Assembly: GCA_051294905.1 (NCBI GenBank)
Contig: CM119371.1
Location: forward strand, 27,282,001 to 27,346,000
Reading direction: 5' to 3'
Source: Botryllus schlosseri
Lineage: Eukaryota
Length of the DNA stretch: 64,000 bases
A program made the translations under genes and the position numbers. Below the pieces are notes generated by a model. It was not told the DNA's origin. It saw nothing but the letters and a program-made list of their open reading frames with translations, and did no database searches. This document shows positions 12,001 to 27,170 of this stretch, in pieces. The stretch's first letter is position 1; every line of letters starts with the position of its first letter.

Positions 12001-15000
12001 CACATAGGAAAACCAGTGCAAGTTGAATTAGACAAGGAAATATCTATAATGTATGCAAATAAGTAGTTTCAAATGGGATCAAATAATTTTAGCGTTTGCT
12101 GGAAAGTGGCTACTTTTTATATCACCGGTTGCCATTTCGAGGCTGTCCCAAAACACCTAAGACGCCTAAAGCAGTTACAATAGAGGTAAACAAATCTGGT
12201 TACCGCGAGACATGGGCTATTTCACTAAGCTGTTATGACAATTTTACTTAAAAAGGGATGAAAACATCACAAAACTACGTTTTACTTTATGCAGTACTAC
12301 AATTAAAAACTGAGTGGAGTTACTGAGACAGATTGTAAATTTCAAGTAGTCTGTAAACCATCTATTCAGAGAGCAAGTAATGTACGCAAATACCAATTTA
12401 CTACTCAAAAGAGTATAGAAGTACTTTGTCAGTCACCACTACTGGATATAAAAGAAACTCAAACCTTCCTACAACATTTGAAAACCTCACTTGGTTGGCT
12501 GTACTTTCTGACACCTGCCCCACGTCTTGACGCAGGCCGCACAGGTCTCTCGTCAACTCTGTACACCGCAGCGTCGCCGGTCTGCTGAATGCTCAGTCGC
12601 CTTCGCCCGTCACTGTATCGATCCAGGATTTGGTCCTCCGGGTCGTATCGCGGCGATGACGACTCTCTATAGTCGGGAGTGGTGGCGCGCGGGCCAGGAT
12701 ACTCGCCGATGTCCGGCTCGTACTCGTCCACAGTGGTAGTGACAGTGCGCTTTTTGAAGATCCGCCGTAAGAGACCGATATCAGGCAGAGATCGCAGCCT
12801 GTGTTCTCTTCCGCTGCGTTCGGAGACGTGTTCATATTCCGGATTCGAGTGGTGACTGGATGCTGTCCGAAATGAGAGATCGCATTACGATATTACTCAG
12901 TCTTAGATGATCTCGCATCCACCCTATATAGGCATGACATCGAAGCAACGGAAATTCGCTCAAATTTACTCCTATTCAAATTATTAGCGGTGATAACTCG
13001 ATAAGTAACGCCTATACTTACACCAGTTGCTCAGGTGCTCATGATTTTACACTATTTTCTATTTCTACTTAAACAATTATCATTCATAACTAGACCTAGA
13101 ACGCTTACTTTCTTGGAGATCACTGCCAATACTTCTTGCACTTGAATCGAATTTTTTGACTCTACTGTTACTAGAGCAACAACGACGAGTACCTTCACCA
13201 TTACCGACCATTACCATGCACTCACTGTAAATACAGTGAGTGGTAAATAGCTTATTAATAGGGTTGGGCAAAATCGACTACCTGAGTGATTCGATTCTGA
13301 ATCACGTAATATGCTCTTGAGTCGAGTAATCGAGTATCACTCATTATGACGTCATAACAAAATGTAACGAGTCAAAGTTCAAATATGTACCTTTTATGCG
13401 TCAAGAAAGAATATAATGCTTGTTATCCATCACATTCAAGATACTTCGGTATTTCTTCGACCATATCGATTTCATTGCACTTGGTGACAATGTTGTGGGA
13501 TGATCATGACTTCGGAAATGTGCTATTTCCAGTTACGTTCGTAGCTTCGTACTACATGTTTCGTATTATAACACATGTGAATAATACATTCATGTCTCTT
13601 CTCGAAGCTTTCGTATGCTACGATACGGCCAATCAAGGTTTCAAGGCTTCAACATGGAATATTTGTAGCGAAACTACAATTCTCGTGATCAAATCAACTT
13701 TCAGTGGCGAGGAGCGTATAATTTCAGTACTCGAAAAAATCGTATTTTACTACTCGACTCGAATCATTAAATTTAATACTCGATTCAGATTCGAGTACTC
13801 GAATCATTGTGACAAGCCCTAGTTGTTAGTAGAATTTTCACTAGAGCGTATGTTGCCAACAATGTAATCAGCATTTTCCGAATTACGCTTCAACACACAC
13901 TTGCATGGGTAGAAACGTGTAAAATATACCGATCTTCATGGAGGTATTTCCGAGGCGTGCAATGGGACCCGATCAACTGTTCTAAGCTCATGGCCTTTCA
14001 AGGGTAGTCAAGAAATCACAACCTATTTCAACCCTTTAGCGGTACACAACCAATGGAATGGGCGTATGAATATCCATTAGTACCATGTGTCAGTTACGCG
14101 TTTACCTGATTGGTCAAAGCTATAGGGTCGGAGTCATTGCCGTTTAATCCAAGCTCTATCTATAAAGGTCGCATTTGACATACTTCGACTCTTAGCAAGT
14201 AAATGTAGTATAAACACTTTCAAGTTTCAACTAATGACAAGTATAATGTCCCGATAGATAATTTGTAATTTAACGTAATGCTTTCACTTATCCCAATACA
14301 CAGACAGTTTTCCACGCGAAAACGGAGCTCCTGCGTTAGCTGCGAGCTGACCTCATACTTCCGAATAACCCAGATACAACTTAACTACCCGCAACCATAT
14401 ATAAACAATACCAACTAGGGATGGTGTGAACGTGAGGTTCACGTTCGCGTTCTGTGTGTGAACCTCGGAAATTCAGAGGTTCGCGTTCACAACAGAACCT
14501 TGATAGGTTCTGCACTGTGAACCTTTTTCATATATACTTTCAATGTTCACTTCATTATGACATCTTTAGTGCAAATTTATTGCACTTCAACTGCAGGCCA
14601 CTCTGTGCATGCCGCTGGCAGCAGAAACAATCAACACAAATAAACGAATGTGCACCTTGACAATCTCAAAAATTTTACTTGCTTTGTTACAAAAATTTGC
14701 TCAAAATACCCAGATTTCCGTTTGTGAATACTTAGCGACTCTCTGCTAAGAGCTAGACTCGCAATCACACAACGTCATGAGCGAAATACACTACATGTAG
14801 TCAGCGAATGATGCTTATTCAACCAATCAATCTTGACTTTATTATTTTATTGTATCATAAAAAACGTGCGATTGGGGTGTTGGCTACTGCTGTATAACTT
14901 ATTAGTGGGATAATATCGGTAGCAAGTATAGACATCCTGTTTTACACTCTGCTCAAAATCAATGTAGCAATACTCAGACGCTGAATACATTGTCCGGTCT

Positions 15001-16684
15001 GGCCAAGACTGTTAAGGCATAAGCATATATTCCATGGCAAGTTTTCATTGTAATTGTTGGCTTATTGATTTTATGGAAGTATTATATCATTTGATTGCCT
15101 CAGTTGATACATTAAGCGACGTTTAAAACGCCAATATGCACTTCAGCATTGTGACATTATGTGGCCCGGGTCTTCGCTAGGTATCGTATACATTAATATA
15201 CGCTATCACTTCATTGAAAGATAGGGTTGGGATTAGCAATATGACGTCACGTGACGTCATGAGGTTCACGTTCGTGTTCACACAGAACCTTTCAAAAAGG
15301 TTCGCGTTCACACGAACCTGAACCTTTCAGAGGTTCACACCATCCCTAATACCAACCTCTCATTCCATCCCTCGCATGTTGACCGTACCTCACGATGTCT
15401 GTCGGGTTTTCAGCAACAGCGTAATCGAACGGAACTCTTCGGCCTGAAACGAGAACTAAGCGAGTCAAATTTTTGCTTGGAACGTATAGACCAGTGGTAA
15501 CCTGATTGATCTTACCATCTCTATATTAATATTTTTCCACAAACTCCAACAAAACGTCTCTAAACCGCAATATGTTTTTATCGGTAGGTTATTGGCAATT
15601 TTGCAATAAAATTAATTTGAACAGTAGGATATTTCGTGTCATACGATTATTCTGATGATTCGAGTAATGAGGTTTTAGCAGTTGTGGTGGAAAACTGCCT
15701 CATGCTATAACTAATTAAAAAAAGATTACAAATTAGGGTATCAATCATTTTGCAGGTTCAAGGCATCGCGGACCCCCAGGAATTACTTCGCGAACCTCTG
15801 CTAAAGACCTACCCGCTCAATTGCTCGTACCAAGTGCCAACAAACGCGTTTTGACCGCCGTATCAGGCAAGCTGTACAGTGTACACTTGGCATGAATATA
15901 GTGAAAATCAAAATTATCTGATCCAATCCGGCCGACGCTTGAGCGAGCGAAATGGCACACGATATAACCCAAACTATCAACTTTCCTTCGAGGTAGAGAA
16001 ATTATTTATAGAATCTCGTACACTAGTGCTGACAGAAACTCCAAGCCTTTTTATTACTGGCTTATTTGCATCGGCGGTATTTGTCTGCAACTGGTGTAGA
16101 CTTGAAGCGAACATTGAACATCAACTATCCTACAATAAAAAAATGACAAATGACTTTAAGTGTCGCATGCTGTACTGTCAAATGCTATTACATCGGATTC
16201 TCATATCACTACTGACCAGTATCTACGAACCAGCTTGGAAATGTCCTTACCAGAGTGCGAAATAGGCTCATCCACAGGACGCCAACACTGAAAACGAGCT
16301 GTAGGGTCAGAGTGAGGTCCAACGCCACTTCCGCGGGAGATAGGCACCAGCACACCGGGATACGCTGCAGACGCGCCCACTTCAGCTGAAGGAAACTCGG
16401 AAGGCTGATCTCGCGCTGAATATAATATGTACACCATTGTAGATAGACATCACATTACGTGCCGGCATCTGTCGACTATGTAGTTGACGACACGTATTAA
16501 CAACGTGCGGAATAGTATCCGACAAACCGCGTGACATGATTATCGCATATGGTGACAAGTATGTGAGGGCGTATACAAATTTCCAAACGCAAATGGGTTT
16601 ATCGCTTCTACCTGCTCCAGATCTTTCGTTGTTACGAGACGAGGGCGATGAATTTCTTCTTCTGTCAAATTCTCTTTCATCCAT
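9057..16684 (-). CDS. Multi-exon host gene for a low-complexity/disordered protein. Exons 16684-16612, 16415-16251, 12862-12491, 11873-11418, 10199-9909, 9620-9300; tentative 15443-15357 and hydrophobic terminal exon 9202-9057
   Basis: Internal exons have AG/GT boundaries, lengths divisible by 3 (165, 372, 456, 291, 321 nt) and stay open in phase 1; repeated ST(A/T)GELG motif; no recognised domain; model probably incomplete. Confidence 0.65.
13259..13821. mobile_element. Old MITE with CGAGTA/TACTCG motifs
   Basis: Imperfect TIR TAGGGTTGGGCAAAA / TTGTGACAAGCCCTA; TSD degraded. Confidence 0.55.
14416..15348. mobile_element. hAT MITE with GTGAAC/GTTCAC motifs; partial copies ~19406-19990, ~19997-20100, ~38645-39000, ~42913-43320
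   Basis: TIRs TAGGGATGGTGTGAAC / GTTCACACCATCCCTA; TSD ATACCAAC at 14408-14415 and 15349-15356. Confidence 0.9.
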
Positions 16685-18117
16685 GCCGATAGTCTTGTAA
16701 TTGTTACTCGAGAACTTAGTGTTTAAGGAAATAAAAGTCACTGAACGCTGCCAACAAGAAAAAGCCTTGTCATGTCAGCCCCAACAAGCAATATAACTTG
16801 CAGCACCGCGACTTAAAACAGCACTCAGACAAACTAGAATACCAAGCACGTGAATTTATCCTAATGATTCGATGCTGTTATCCCGTTAATCAACCGTTGA
16901 TTGGTTTGATTACTGACCATCGCCTCAACACTGTCTACAGCAGTGTCTGACATGACGAAACTGTGTGTACAACGCGTTGATATAAAAGTTACAGCAATAC
17001 AGCTCGTTTGTACAAATTTCCCAAAGGGTCTCGATTCTTTCATGTACAAACTAATGGCCGATTGACAGCGAACAATTGCGATGTACTATTTAACATTCCG
17101 TTACACCTTTTGATCAACCAACATGTCGGAAAAAATGGATAATTCATGCAGTGGCATAAAACGCGCAGCGAAATTGACCTATTTATCGGTGTATCCAGAT
17201 TAACCAATGACTTTGATCTTCTGGTGCAGAGGCATCATGCATCACTAGCGTATTGAAAATGCATAAAAACCTGTCAACAACAACCAAACCATATCGTCTC
17301 GTATACCCTGCCGGGATCAGAGATATTTGGTAGTGATATTTCAAGATTTGATGTTTTAAAATTGGGCTTGGAAATCCCAACCGGATCCGGAGGCGACCCT
17401 TATCACCCCCGACATTGTCGGATGCTCAGGCGACGCAACATTTCTTCACTTTTGAATCCAAATTTCACTTGCGGTTGCACCAAGCATATGTATCTCTCAG
17501 ATAAGTGGCAAGAGGTAGATTTCCGTGCTAGGCTATAAATCAGAGGTTTCAAACTCATATGTGCTCGTGGGCCAATTTCACAGTTTTTGATGACGCCGCG
17601 GGCCGCAGCATCAGCAATAAGGGTAGGCCTACTAAATGTCTTTCCAAGTAGGCCTTATTTGCCGGGATAAAATTATCCGAAGGCACAACCGACTGACATT
17701 CCACGCGCATTCCACTATAGCAATTTACTCTGGGCACTAAAACATCACATTTATAAGTATTTGAAAATTTTTCGTACTTCGTACAGAGGGAGCATAACTT
17801 ATCAAAACTATGAGCTATAGACACCATGCGAGGTGACAAATGCATTATGTCATCATAAAATCTGTCGCGTTATGATGATGCCTCTAGCGGGCATTTGACT
17901 TGCCACAGCTACAGTTAAAATATTCTAGAATTGAACAATGAACATTGATTGATATGGTGATATCACAGCATTAGGGCACTGTACAATAACCCCGGTAATC
18001 CAAGTATACTCCCGATTAAGGCTATTAATCATGTGCTTGTCAAATCCAAACAGCGTTAGCTATAGCGCCGCGGGTTTGAGAACACTGCTCTACATAGTGT
18101 CAGGAGCGAGCCAATAT

Positions 18118-18519
18118 TGGGGTTACCATACGTCCTCTTTTAAAAGGATTTGTCCTCTTTTTTTACTTTTTTGAAAGTGTCCTCTTAGGACACCCAAATG
18201 TCCTCGTTTTTGAGAGAATTCTGGTTAAATATACATCAAAATACAATAAAACAGCACTGAAGGAACGCTCGGCGGCTATTTCGGGAGCTGGGCCGGAAAG
18301 TTCACTTTTTTTTTATTTTTAGTCAACCAACTGATAATGTAAAAGAAAAACTGTATTTTCGGAGCTGAGCCAGAAAGATGACGTTTTTTTATTATTTTTA
18401 GTTAACCGACCGCGAAGTGCCAAAATTTTACCATTTTTTCAGGATTTTCCTTCGGTATTGCAAGTCTGAAAATTTTGAAAAGTGTCCTATTTTCACATTT
18501 CCAAAATATGGTAACCCTA
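18118..18519. mobile_element. hAT MITE, TAGGGTTACCATA family (related copies 20197-20633, 35730-36127, 40159-40561)
   Basis: TIR T(A/G)GGGTTACCATA / TATGGTAACCCTA; TSD GCCAATAT here, TGATATGA for the 35730-36127 copy. Confidence 0.85.
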
Positions 18520-19046
18520 GCCAATATGTTACTCCTAGGATTATTGATCATAAATTATAATATTACTGTAACATTGCGCCATTTCACAAAAATGTTCACA
18601 ATGTTGGTGGAACCTACTACGAAGGCTATTTTAAAAAATCCAACATCAGCTTTATCAAGATTCATAGCATGAACACCTGATGAACCTAACGTTCGCACCA
18701 TACCTTTTCGTCGTATCTTCATTGATATCCAGTCTTCCGAAATCAGTCCAAATAGCTAGGTACACGCCTAACGTAAGATCTTTTACAAACATTCATTTTC
18801 GTCAAATGCGCCACACCATAAAGGTTCTAACTTCACCCTTTCGAAATTCAGATCTAGCCGTTACGACAACACGCAACCATTTGGTACACTTTATTCATAC
18901 GCTTGTAAGCAAATGTTCTGATTTGATATTACATCTACGAACAGTTTGACCATAATTATGCGAGCAAAACGATTTCAAATATATTGTTATGCGTCAAAAT
19001 AACGGCAAATTATTCCGATCGCGGCGTATTTCTTCATATGTGAGCT

Positions 19047-19303
19047 TCACGCGATGTTTTCATACCGAATCTGTAGACCGGGAACTGCACAAACGCGACA
19101 GTATGATATCAATAATTCTATCGGACTCCATGAGCAACACGCAATAGGATAATGCCACCACGACGAGGGAAACGCAGAGCAGGACACCGTGCATCGAGTG
19201 TGGTTGAAACTATTTTCACGACGAGCGGTGGCGAGTTTTGAAATCGAATACCCCACGCCAACAGCTCCGAACATAGCTAACAGGAGGACAACGGCGTGTT
19301 GAG
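19047..19303 (-). pseudogene. Terminal-type exon paralogous to 23364-23114; second hydrophobic segment lies in a shifted frame
   Basis: Acceptor TTTTTCAG; phase-1 QHAVVLLLAMFGAVGVGYSISKL resembles RHIVVCLFFALGIGGIAAAVYKI; another frame gives VLLCVSLVVVALSYCVLL resembling FTGISLIVLGFCLL. Confidence 0.5.
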
Positions 19304-22300
19304 CTGAAAAATGAGATACGTTAGCAAATTCATCGTTGCCATAGTCCGATTTAGTGACTAGTGGCAGTCAGGTTTCAACTCGAATGATATATAAATCTAT
19401 ACTTAGTAGGGATGGTATGAACACGATGTTCACGTTCGCGTTCTGTGTGTGAACCTCGGAAATTTAGAGGTTCACGTTCACAAACGAACCTTCGTAAGTT
19501 CTGCACGGTAAAGCTTTTTCATATATTACAATTTTTACTTATCGCATTTCAACTGCGGGCGACTCTATGCATGGCCCATTGCAGCATAAGATAATCAACA
19601 CTAAACGAGCATGCACCTTGAAAATTTCAACAATTTTACTTTTTTTGTTACAAAAGTTTGCTGGAAATATCAACTTAACTTTTGGGAATATTTAGTGACT
19701 CTGCTGCCAGCTTGAACTGCAATCACACGGCATCAAGAGCGCAATACACCATATGCGAATGATGCTTATTAAACCAACCAATGAAATTGATATCGTTGTC
19801 TGATGTAAAAAATCTAGAAGGCGAAATGGTTGAATCGTGATTTCATATGTTTATTGTATCATAAAAACAAAATCCATGCGGTTGGGGTGTTCGCTACCAC
19901 TGTATAACCACCGTATAACTGTATAACTAACTGGGGTAATATCGGAGGCAAGTATAAAAACCCGTTTTACATTCTGCTCAATGTCAACGTAGCAATTAAG
20001 GATGGTGTGAACGCGAGGTTCACGTTCGCGTTCTGTGCGTGAACCTCAGAAATTTAGAGGTTCACGTTCTGAAACGAACCTTGGAAGGTTCTGCATTGTG
20101 AAAATTTGATGTCCACCAACTTTTAGGAAATTTAAAAATTACTTGAAGAGATGGACATCAGGGCCGACTGCTTTTTATATTGCCGAGTCTATTAGCTAGG
20201 GTTACCATACGCCCCCTACTAACCGTATTTGTCCTAATTTTTCAATTCATTGAAAGTGTCCTCAGAGGACTCCTGAATGTCCTCTTTTTGACGGTATCGT
20301 CCTCTTTTTTCTGAAAAATGCATTAAAATACGATTAAAAACTCGACTCCGACTCAGTGAACGCCATTTTTGGCATGACAATCATCGACAATACGGCGCGA
20401 CGGGTATATCGGGAATACATGATGAGAAAGATTCCCTTTTTTATTATAGTCAACACCAAGGAAGTATCGTAAAATTCAGGTAATTCGGGAGTCGAGGCGA
20501 AGTGATGACATTTTTTAGCCAACACATTGGCCGAAATATTTTCAAAATCACCAGTATTCTTTTCCGGTACTAGGACTTTCTCAGTTTTTGAAAAAGCTTC
20601 CTCCTTTTTGGATCTTAAAATATGGTAACCCTATATGAGCAATTGATAATGATTTGCTATGATTGATGACACTACAAATAGGTGAATGTTTTAGAATCAA
20701 CACCATTACCGTGGTAGAGGGGCTCTTTTTTACGCGTGACATGACTATATCACTCATAAAAGTGGTGGAAATCTGAGATAAAGTTATATTTTCCACCCAT
20801 GTGATTATAGCGACGGGCTCTGTACGGTCAAACCTACGACACAGTGGTGCCCAAAAGTTCTTTCCTTATCCGGCCACTTGTCTCCATATTCTCCAATAAC
20901 TTGAGGAATACAATACTCCATTACAACAGGCCACTTACAACTTTAACATGTCCCAATATCACGCTGAAATACAAACCGTAGTACGTACCATTCGAATATT
21001 AGCGTATCCAGTAATGGTGCAGTCCGCGAAAGCTTACGAAATGAATAATACGGCCCAGCTGGGAAGAATTTGGGCGCCCCTATGTAACACTTTGCGAGGT
21101 CGCATTTTACCAATATTTCCTATAATTGAGTCCGTACACGGCTATCGATTTGTGTTACGCGTTGAGTTTACAAGTATCGTTTATTTGAAACCGGGTCACG
21201 AAATGGCATTTATTGTCTCCTTTATGAGAAGGCAATTCCGAATTTCTTTTCGTGTTACCTTCTATGGCGCAACCTGGGCTCACATGAACCCCCCTGGAGT
21301 GAAAACTCTGCTGCTTTCGAGATTTACACTGACAGGCTTCCATTGCTTTTTCGAATGCCGTAAGTATTGCCTAACTATCGTTAACGAACGGAAACTTTAG
21401 AAAGAATATACATGTCTTGCATTATCGACTTTAAACGTAAAATTGACCTTAAAAGGCAGAGAAATACCTATATGCGCAACTTCACCGTTTAGAGCACGGT
21501 AGATTCACGTTATGATCCCTCGCTTTCAGCCAGGCGAGATGTCTGAGCTATGGCGTAATTACCTCACCCGGATGATGATGATAGCCGTAAGATTGCCTAG
21601 GTATCATTAACTTGAGCTACTGATTCCTAATCCTTTTAATTTCGACCCAAAATCGAGATTTACACGCGTCTGATGACCCAAGCTTCGAGCATCGGAATAC
21701 AATGTTTATTGTTGACATGTTATGTTGTTCGTTAATGTCCGAAATAGAGAAGGCAATAGGCAACCACTAGTGCAGTGTCAGCAGGTATATTTTAGTGAGC
21801 GAATGCAAAAGTTTCGCCTAACCTAAACAATTCCCGCTTACTACTTGCAGAAAATTTACAAGTTCACGAAACACAAAATCCTTCTAAGTTGACGCCAACG
21901 CAGGACTCCTAGCGGTAGCTGAGACCGCACGAAACGTGAACAATTGTTTTGAAAATATATACTCCATTTGCAAGAATCATTGCGTGAGAGCGACATCTAT
22001 ATATCGTGTTCCACTGGTTCTTGACATTTGCTCATTAAATTAGATTTTGCTTGGCTGTATTGGCACCGGTCACGGTGCCTCATTACATTTGCCATAAACT
22101 GAAGAAACCTTATATACATTAAATTCTATCTTTTTCATCCCATTATTTTGGTAACAATGTGTATTAGTTGTCCTTACGTTGAGTTGAACTTGTGACTGTA
22201 TCTTAAAACATGTGTTATTGTATCCAAGGGAATATTTCCGTTCTATGATTAACCTATTCAACGTTCATCTTCCTCTCAGTACCGTTTAAACGTCACACAG

Positions 22301-23113
22301 CGTGCCGCTTGTGAATCAAAGGTATATTACCCAAATGGCAACGGCAGGCAAGAGCCTCACGGGCACTAGTAGCTCTGGCTTCTAACGCTTCCGAATGCCG
22401 AGCATCGGACATGCCCCCGATATTGTTTACATGAATTAGAGTTACCTGACATATCTTCGCAATTTTTCTCCACCTCGTTCCTTCTACTTCGTGTGTCCCT
22501 GCATCACCGAATCTTTTTGAACTACCCTTGTGAGCGACCAAATGCGATCCACCAGGGTCGAATCCCGCAAAATACCTTCTAAATATCCAGTTTGGAGTAC
22601 CTACTTCATTCTTCCACTAGATGACAAGGAAGTACCCTTTGCATTACGTCATTACATAAAGTAGTTCACGTCCTGGCTATTCTTATATTAGCTTTCACCC
22701 GCGTCCACTAAAATAGACCAGCGCCGCGGCGGTCGAGCCCAATATGACAACCCACATTGAAAACAACTATCGGTCAACAAATCAATTACGGCGTTTATTC
22801 ATCGCTATTGGTAAAACGGGAACCTATTCCCAGGTAGGCATTCTGCTCGTAGTGGAATTTCATTCTCAAATTCAGATCAGTAAAATTCATTCATCACAAT
22901 AATAGGCTACAATTACTCTAAAATCACAGCGAGGCCATATGTTACTTATATTACTGCACCAAGGAATCACGAAATAGTGTTAATAGAACACACATTAGAA
23001 TTTCTAATATTACTATTATTCCACCGCCATAAAATGGTTCAATGATACAATTAAAATCACGTATATGTGAAAGTCAATTCAATCCACGTTGCACGCATGA
23101 ACCGCGCATAAAA

Positions 23114-25598
23114 TCATTTTTTTACGAGATCACGCAGTAAGCAAAAACCCAATACGATAAGCGATATGCCGGTAAAGAGCATGACATAGTACCCGGTCAT
23201 TCTGTGCGGAGGAACTTTTTCCGGTATGCTGGCTGGCGTTGTCACCCAATTCTTCTGGGAGTCGACGTTGTCATTGTGACGAACATCGGTGTGAATTTTG
23301 TATACCGCAGCCGCAATCCCGCCTATTCCGAGCGCGAAAAATAAGCAGACCACAATGTGACGACCTGGAATGTAATTGAATTCGTCAGCTCCAAGGTTGC
23401 GATGTCAGACTCCGTCATTAGCAGTCGTGAAGCGTGGGGACCAATTACCGATTCTTTGTTTATTTATTATAGTTGTGCTCACCGTAAATACTATTTCATT
23501 CAAATCCAAATTTTTCGACGCCAATAACTCCGCTTCCACTGGTTGGAATTGAACCAAATTTGGTGAGGATCGTTTCTATAGACAGCCTAACACTTAGATG
23601 GGGTGAACAGAAAATTTTCAAATTTTTTATTATTTATTTTCATATAATAAAATAGAAACTTTCTTCTCCTGTAGCAAAGCGGTTACTGGCTGGAGTTGAA
23701 CCAAATTTTGTGAGTAGGCTTAAATTAGGTAATCTAACAATTTTATCAAGTAGCCAGTACATATTTCAAATTAGGGCCTTGTTTTGAACGTGTTTGTTTT
23801 AAATTGATTTATTTTACATGCAACCCTGGGGATACATGTTCGTTAGACCGCTTGGGATTGCGCGAATTCACAAAGGGACGCGTAGCCTATACATACAGCA
23901 GTACATATACTTTGAATTGTCACATCTGGCATAATCCAGATGAGGTTATTGGGAATAAAACGTACATCGCGTGGTTCTGGAGTGATTTGAAAATCACTCT
24001 ACGAAATCATTAACACATTGATCCCATTTGCTGCTTCTTCTGATCTCGTTTCATACATGACCAAATTTACCGTACCGAGGTAGCGAGACGGATATGAACT
24101 ACTCATTAATTTATCAAATCTGCCATACTGAAGTAGCAACGGCTAAACATTACTATTAGTGGCACCGTGCAGTATGATTCAGTACAAGTGCCGCTGTGAG
24201 CATGATCTGTTTACCTTAAATTCCATTTTTCCTAGCCGCCAAATTCCATAAATTGAATCATTACATAGACGGAAACAACATGTAAAACGTAGCTCACCAT
24301 ATTTAGTTCCAAAGAGCCGCTGATTATCCGTTTCATTTACAGGAATATGTCCTGAAAATTGCATCCCGAACGGCAGCTGTTGACCTATTGCAGCCGTCTG
24401 TCTTTCGGGGTTTTGCGCCGCGCCAGTCAATCGATCAGATGTTGGTGGCACAGATGGAATTGTTGGCGAGGACATTGATGGTACTGCTGGCAAGACGCGC
24501 CGTAAAGGTCTCGAACTATCATCGCTGACCTCGGGGTTGTCACTCGAATCGGATATGACCTGCAGCGTTCCCGGTACATTGAGGCGGTACAATCCGCTGG
24601 TTTCGTGCTCGTAGCCCTGGGTTTCCGCGGAGTCGCCGCCTTCGTTTCCGCCTTCTCTGGCTCGCTTGAGTCCTGGCAACGGAACCGATCGTTCCGGCCC
24701 TTCGGTGCTTCTTCCGCCTGCCTGGCGCAGTACCAAGGCTGTATCAATATATTAGAATGCATGTCACAGAGTAGGCTGTAATTCAAGTTGATAATCACAA
24801 CGCAAATGTAAGAGTGCGAGTATATCCCAATATGACAAAGCAGTGGTGCCTATCATCACGCGAATATAATCATTTCGAAGTTAGCAACTCGACAAATTAC
24901 ACTACGGGTTCGCAGATACAAATCACGCCCTGAAATCGCGGAACGCACATCGATATTCTGTTAATTTCAAGGCCCGCCCACTCATCAGGAATTAACTATC
25001 GGATCATCAATCAACTTGCGACATCGATACATATAGTAGCTTAACCAGGTTTACAAATAATTATTTTATCGACCATTCAAGTGCGGTGTCACTAGGCCTA
25101 TATGCATATTGAATGTGATTCCGGTACTTCACTAACGCACTTAACCTTGAAAAGCCGCAGAACAAGCAACACTCAACATTCAGATAGGTATGCTGTTCTC
25201 TACGATATCAACAGAAGCGATGCATATCCGCAATATAACAATATAGTAGTTTGCGGTATATCTACGGGGAAAGCTAATGCGCGGACAAGCATAGAAACGA
25301 GCATATGCTATACCAACCTGTACAAGTACACCTTATTTGGCAGATCTAATTCTGCTAACTATCAACCTCGACAGACAATACACCCAACAGCCATACTTAC
25401 GAGGGGTTTGGCCACTTGTCTGCATTCTCTTTTCCGCAGCTCTAGCTGTAGACGTTTCCAACTCGTCGTGAATCGACAAGATCTCAACCCCATCATCAGC
25501 TTTTTTACATACAGCGGGAGTGGGTTCTTCTTTAATGGGTTCAGCAGCTGTGGGTATCTTTGGCAGCTGTCTTCTCTTACGAAATACGACAGTGGTAC
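23114..25598 (-). CDS. Multi-exon host gene, 5' end not found. Exons 25598-25401, 24738-24298 and terminal 23364-23114; disordered region followed by two predicted TM helices
   Basis: Canonical splice sites; 198- and 441-nt phase-1 exons are open; RRQLPKIP and RRVLPAVP motifs; terminal exon has two hydrophobic stretches and a stop. Confidence 0.7.
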
Positions 25599-26913
25599 CT
25601 ATATAAAGTATAGGTAGCAGCGTTGAATCCCTCGCATGTTATGGTCGTAATCGAAGAATATTGTTGAATTCATGTTTTACATTCGCTGAGCACCGAAGCC
25701 ACAACTTGATAAAACCAAATACTCCTACGGGAACGCGAAAACCAGTTATCACATTATGCGTAAAATTGACTACCCATAGTTTCACCGTACGTATAGGAAT
25801 TTCAGGACAGAGAACTCAACTTCGCATGGCGTCTTAGTACCTGTTACAACACATTCCGTGGTCCCAAGCTGTGCGCTAGATGCAGACGGTCGCTCCTTCG
25901 GAGATTTATCTCGTCCTTTTTCCATTTCTTCAGCGTGCACGAAGTCGAATTACTGCTACCGTATGGGATACTTTAAAATCACTTGGACAACCAAAAGCCT
26001 TGACTGCAAACGAACAACTGAACACCAGCACGCAGACAACTATACCTTCGCAACAGCTATTGCGGGCCACGGCTAATAAGTAGCTCGCCTTGCTAATAAT
26101 GACGTTTCCAAGATAACCAAGGCACGATTGCTGTAAGTAAGGCTTAGAATTTTTCTATTGGCTGTATCCTTTTTTGTTAGTTTGAACATATAGTGGTGCT
26201 TCGTTTAGCTGTGTACCTCAAGTTACAGGAATAAACTCCACTTTCGTGACGCATTGAAACCTGACATTGTTACATACCGAAAGGTATTGTTTAATTCGAT
26301 TGAGGGCTAAACCAATGGAGTCTCGGAAATACAGATATAACTGTCGAAATCAATTTAGTCCAGCCCAGTGGTTCTCAAATTGTAGAGCCACTAGTGCGGT
26401 TGTTTTCAAACTGTGATACGTGTGGTCACTAGTGGTACGCCAGGCGTTTTTATGTGGTACGCGATTAGTTCGGTGATCGTTGTATTTAGTCTTCAATTTG
26501 CTGTAACAATTTGATGTAACAATATCTGCAGTTGTACAAACATTTCACGTTGATACTATTGAGTCGCATGAGATCCACACTACAGTGATTACATCGTGGG
26601 TGTCAAACTTAAATTACTTCTCGGTTCGGATTAAAACCTTCAAATCGCTCGCGGGCCGCACCAGTCCACTCATTCCAAAAGTTACCTCAAGTTTTTGCTT
26701 ATCACATGAATACTGTATTATTAGGCATACATCGATAATTATAATCATGAGCCGCGATACGACGTAATATGCTATTGCAATAATACATATGACATTGCAT
26801 CACGGTTCGTAGGGGTTTTACTCCAGCAAATAGCAACACCTCTATTCGCGAACGATGGAATTGGTCGAAATACGATGATTAGCATGTCGAGTGCAGTTAT
26901 GAACCGCTAAAAC

Positions 26914-27170
26914 CAGAGGTTCTCAAACTGGGTGGTGCGCCCCCCTTGGCGGCGTGAAAGCATCTGAATGGGGGCGCGACTTACCTCCAGCCAGCTCATG
27001 GTAATACTCTGTTTATTGTCCGAATTTCATGCTTGAGAATTATCTCATCAACAGCCATAACCTATTCTATTAGACTATCCGGTGGGACTGCTAGCATTCT
27101 GATTGCTCTCTTTAATATCTTGTGTTGTCAGGATAAAGTGGGCATGTCTAAAGAAGCTTGAAAACCGCTG
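26914..27170. mobile_element. Short hAT MITE
   Basis: Ends CAGAGGTTCTCAAAC / GCTTGAAAACCGCTG; TSD GCTAAAAC on both sides. Confidence 0.8.

Noticed and set aside
15349..15357. MITE TSD overlapping a possible GTTGGT donor of exon 15443-15357
   Set aside because: Exon has several alternative donors; cannot tell which is used
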